From Marsupella aquatica (Eukaryota; Plantae; Marchantiophyta), in assembly GCA_973895155.1 (NCBI GenBank), contig OZ316891.1, positions 25,481,899-25,545,898 on the forward strand: DNA of 64,000 nt. Reading direction: 5' to 3'. Each line of letters begins with the position of its first letter. The first letter of the stretch is position 1. The position numbers and the translations under genes are program-made. The notes below the pieces were generated by a model. The model did not search any database. It was given only the letters and a program-made list of their open reading frames with translations, and had not been told where the DNA came from. Shown here piece after piece: positions 61,641-64,000 of this stretch.

Positions 61641-62713
61641 AACGCTAATCTTGTTACAATAAGCGCTTCCAGTACTTTGCCGTCGCGAGGGTCTCAAAAA
61701 TTTCAAATAAAATACTAAATGTAAACCTTTGTTTCATTCAATACATATTTCAGTTCACTTTCAAGTGTACAGAGTCTCCTAACCTACTTGAAATGTAGAT
61801 AAACAGTTAATTAGAACATTGATTACCTAGATTTTCTCATCATTAGGTGTAAAATACTTAGTTTATGTGTCACAGTCCATGGGGACGATGGGAGACAACC
61901 TTCAGTCCATCTGGGCTTTGGTTTCTCCAAACCTGGAGACAAGGAAATAACCAATTACAAAAAAAAGTCAAGCAAAGTTCAATTGGATATGAGCAAGAGA
62001 GGGAGACATATATAAAACAAACTCAAATATAAAGCTCGGATAGACTGAGGGGTTTGTTCTGTCCAAATCCATGGACTGTGTGAAGTCATAGTTTTCATCG
62101 AAAAGAAAAAGTGACTAGCTGCTTTTGGAAGGATGCTTTCACTTTGAAAGTGGCAGCCTGAATATGTCGTCTAAGTGCCCCAATCAATTGTAAACTGCTA
62201 ATTGTTACCAGACTTGTGTATTTATTTGGGCACCTCCTGGGATTTTTTTTAGTCTCAAATTTTGTAAGTGTTCTTAGAGGCCCAATCTATTATCCAACAA
62301 AGTTTCAAAATTTTCTGAGATTATTAGCTCTATTTCCAACAAACTCAAAAAAATGTCAATATTGTAAATCAAGTGTCAACAGAGCATTTCACTGTTGTGA
62401 AGGACTCCTTGAGTAGTTTGGGCATGAGCAGCAAATTACCACCAGGCCACATAAACTAATTGAAACTAACTGCAAACTGTTAGGAGCTCATTTACAGGGG
62501 ACAATTTCAGTCAAATTTGTAATAGTTGCTACCAGAGTCTTTTTAGACATTCCGGGCCAATCCATCCGAGGCTTGGGGAATCCCATTCGGACTTCACAGC
62601 AAACCCCTCTGTGTATCCGAGCTGTATTCTCAGGCAAACGCTAAACTAGAAGAAGACTAAAGGCAAATGCAAACCCCACAAAGCTATACTTTGTGTTCTA
62701 CAAAAGTCATATT

Positions 62714-62880
62714 TGTTGTAAGGTATAGAACAACTGATCCTTCATTCCCTTCCATATCCTTACATATAGGCTATCGAATAGCCAGGCAGTTAGACAGTTA
62801 ATGTGGTCTAACCTGAGTAGGCGTAAACCTAGTTAACCTCATGTATGGTCTGGTTAACTCGGGTTACAACACTCCCCCTT
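62714..62880 (-). mobile_element. Probable short Copia-type 3' LTR with polypurine tract
   Basis: 158-bp TGTTGTAA...TTACAACA (62714-62871) abutting CTCCCCCTT (AAGGGGGAG on the minus strand). Confidence 0.55.
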
Positions 62881-64000
62881 GGGTGTAACATGACCCGGGG
62901 AGGAATGTTGCATCCACCTCTAGCCTACTCTAAATGTGAAATGTGTATTCTGAGGTTTGTGGTTTGGGGGGGGAATGTAACCTCATAAAAACCCCCCCTC
63001 CTTTCTTGCTGGGGGGAAAGAGTGTTACCATTCCATCCCTAAAAACCTTAGAATCATGGTTAAGTTATGAGTAATCGAGTTATTAGAGTTAAAATTGTGT
63101 AAGGGTGTCATATGCTATGTAACGTTATTGGAACTAGTAAAGACCTAAATGTCTCGTATGAGTTTCGAAAGTGAGAGAATTTGCGTGGCGATTTTTGGTG
63201 GTTGCAGTAGCAAGCTTTTGGTGTTGTCTGCTACAGTGTGAGGGTCGTCTCGAAGGAATGCACATCGCGGAAGTGTCTTTTTTGTAGTTTCGGCATTCTG
63301 TTGCTTCGAAGATCTTGAATGTGCTTTGGTTGGGTGGAGGGCGGACTCGTGTCTGAGATGATCGATGTGCGCTGCTCGGTTTCTTCACGTTAGATGGTTG
63401 ACGCGCGTTGTGGTCCTGGTCGTCTGTTAGATGTTGAGGGGCAATGGATTCAACTTTCTTCCTGAAGAAGTGATGCTGGGCCTAGGCGTGTTCATCACAA
63501 GGTCGGTGATTTTTGGTGGGAGGTGTCTGCAGCTGCATTGTTGGTGGTCGTTCTTTCTGAGGTCGGGCGATTCTTCTTTGTTCAGTTTGCTTGTGTGCGA
63601 TGGGAGTGTCGGGGAGCGGATGTGGCGAACTATGGCCGGTAAGATTTGTTCCCGGCTGCTTTACAGGCGAGGTTGCGCATTGCTCCCCCTGGGTCATTCA
63701 CTTTTGTGGCTCTCTTATAGTCATTCATTTTGTCATGTTGGCGTAGCTGCCGTTTCTTGTAGATGTCTATTGTGATCTTTGTTCGAGATCTGTTCGACTG
63801 AGGTGAGTTGGTCCGAGCTTCGCGGTGTAGTCTACGGATTGAGGTCTCCCCCTGAGCAAAATGAGCGCAACCACTGTAAGTATAAGTGTGTTTAATTTTG
63901 TAGTTCAGTTAAGGTCCGTAGACCTACTGAAATGGCATGTTGCTTATGTAATGCAGGAGGTAGGGATTTAGTAAACATATCGGCAATGTTCTTTGAGCTT

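Overview
Eukaryotic DNA, most likely from a land plant (GT-AG introns, AAACCCTA telo-boxes, plant TE families, an EDM2-type PHD cassette). A non-seed plant is a low-certainty guess. No intact host gene is evident; the window is a nest of mostly decayed transposons. (1) ~1-27.2 kb: a gene-rich mobile-looking module. It has three tandem F-box-like ORFs, two satellites sharing a 16-bp palindrome, a Tnp1/En/Spm-like fragment and a truncated DUF7869-like transposase. It also has a multi-exon ParB/Srx-like + amino-methyltransferase-like gene, divergent from a MULE-type DDE/SWIM transposase, with a second 16-bp palindrome in the non-coding parts. (2) ~27.2-47.6 kb: two related CACTA remnants with cargo: a Cys-rich 'MVRT' ORF, an EDM2-like PHD protein (one copy begins with an H3/CENH3-tail-like MARTKHKARK), tandem BRCT and an F-box. 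(3) Two ~4.7-kb TG...CA elements, each with its own 5-bp TSD (13728-18408 and 47659-52374), resemble solo LTRs encoding a ~1150-aa protein. (4) A Harbinger > MITE > L1 LINE nest at 53-59 kb and a probable Copia 3' LTR near 62.8 kb. All domain calls come from motifs read by eye; no database search was run.
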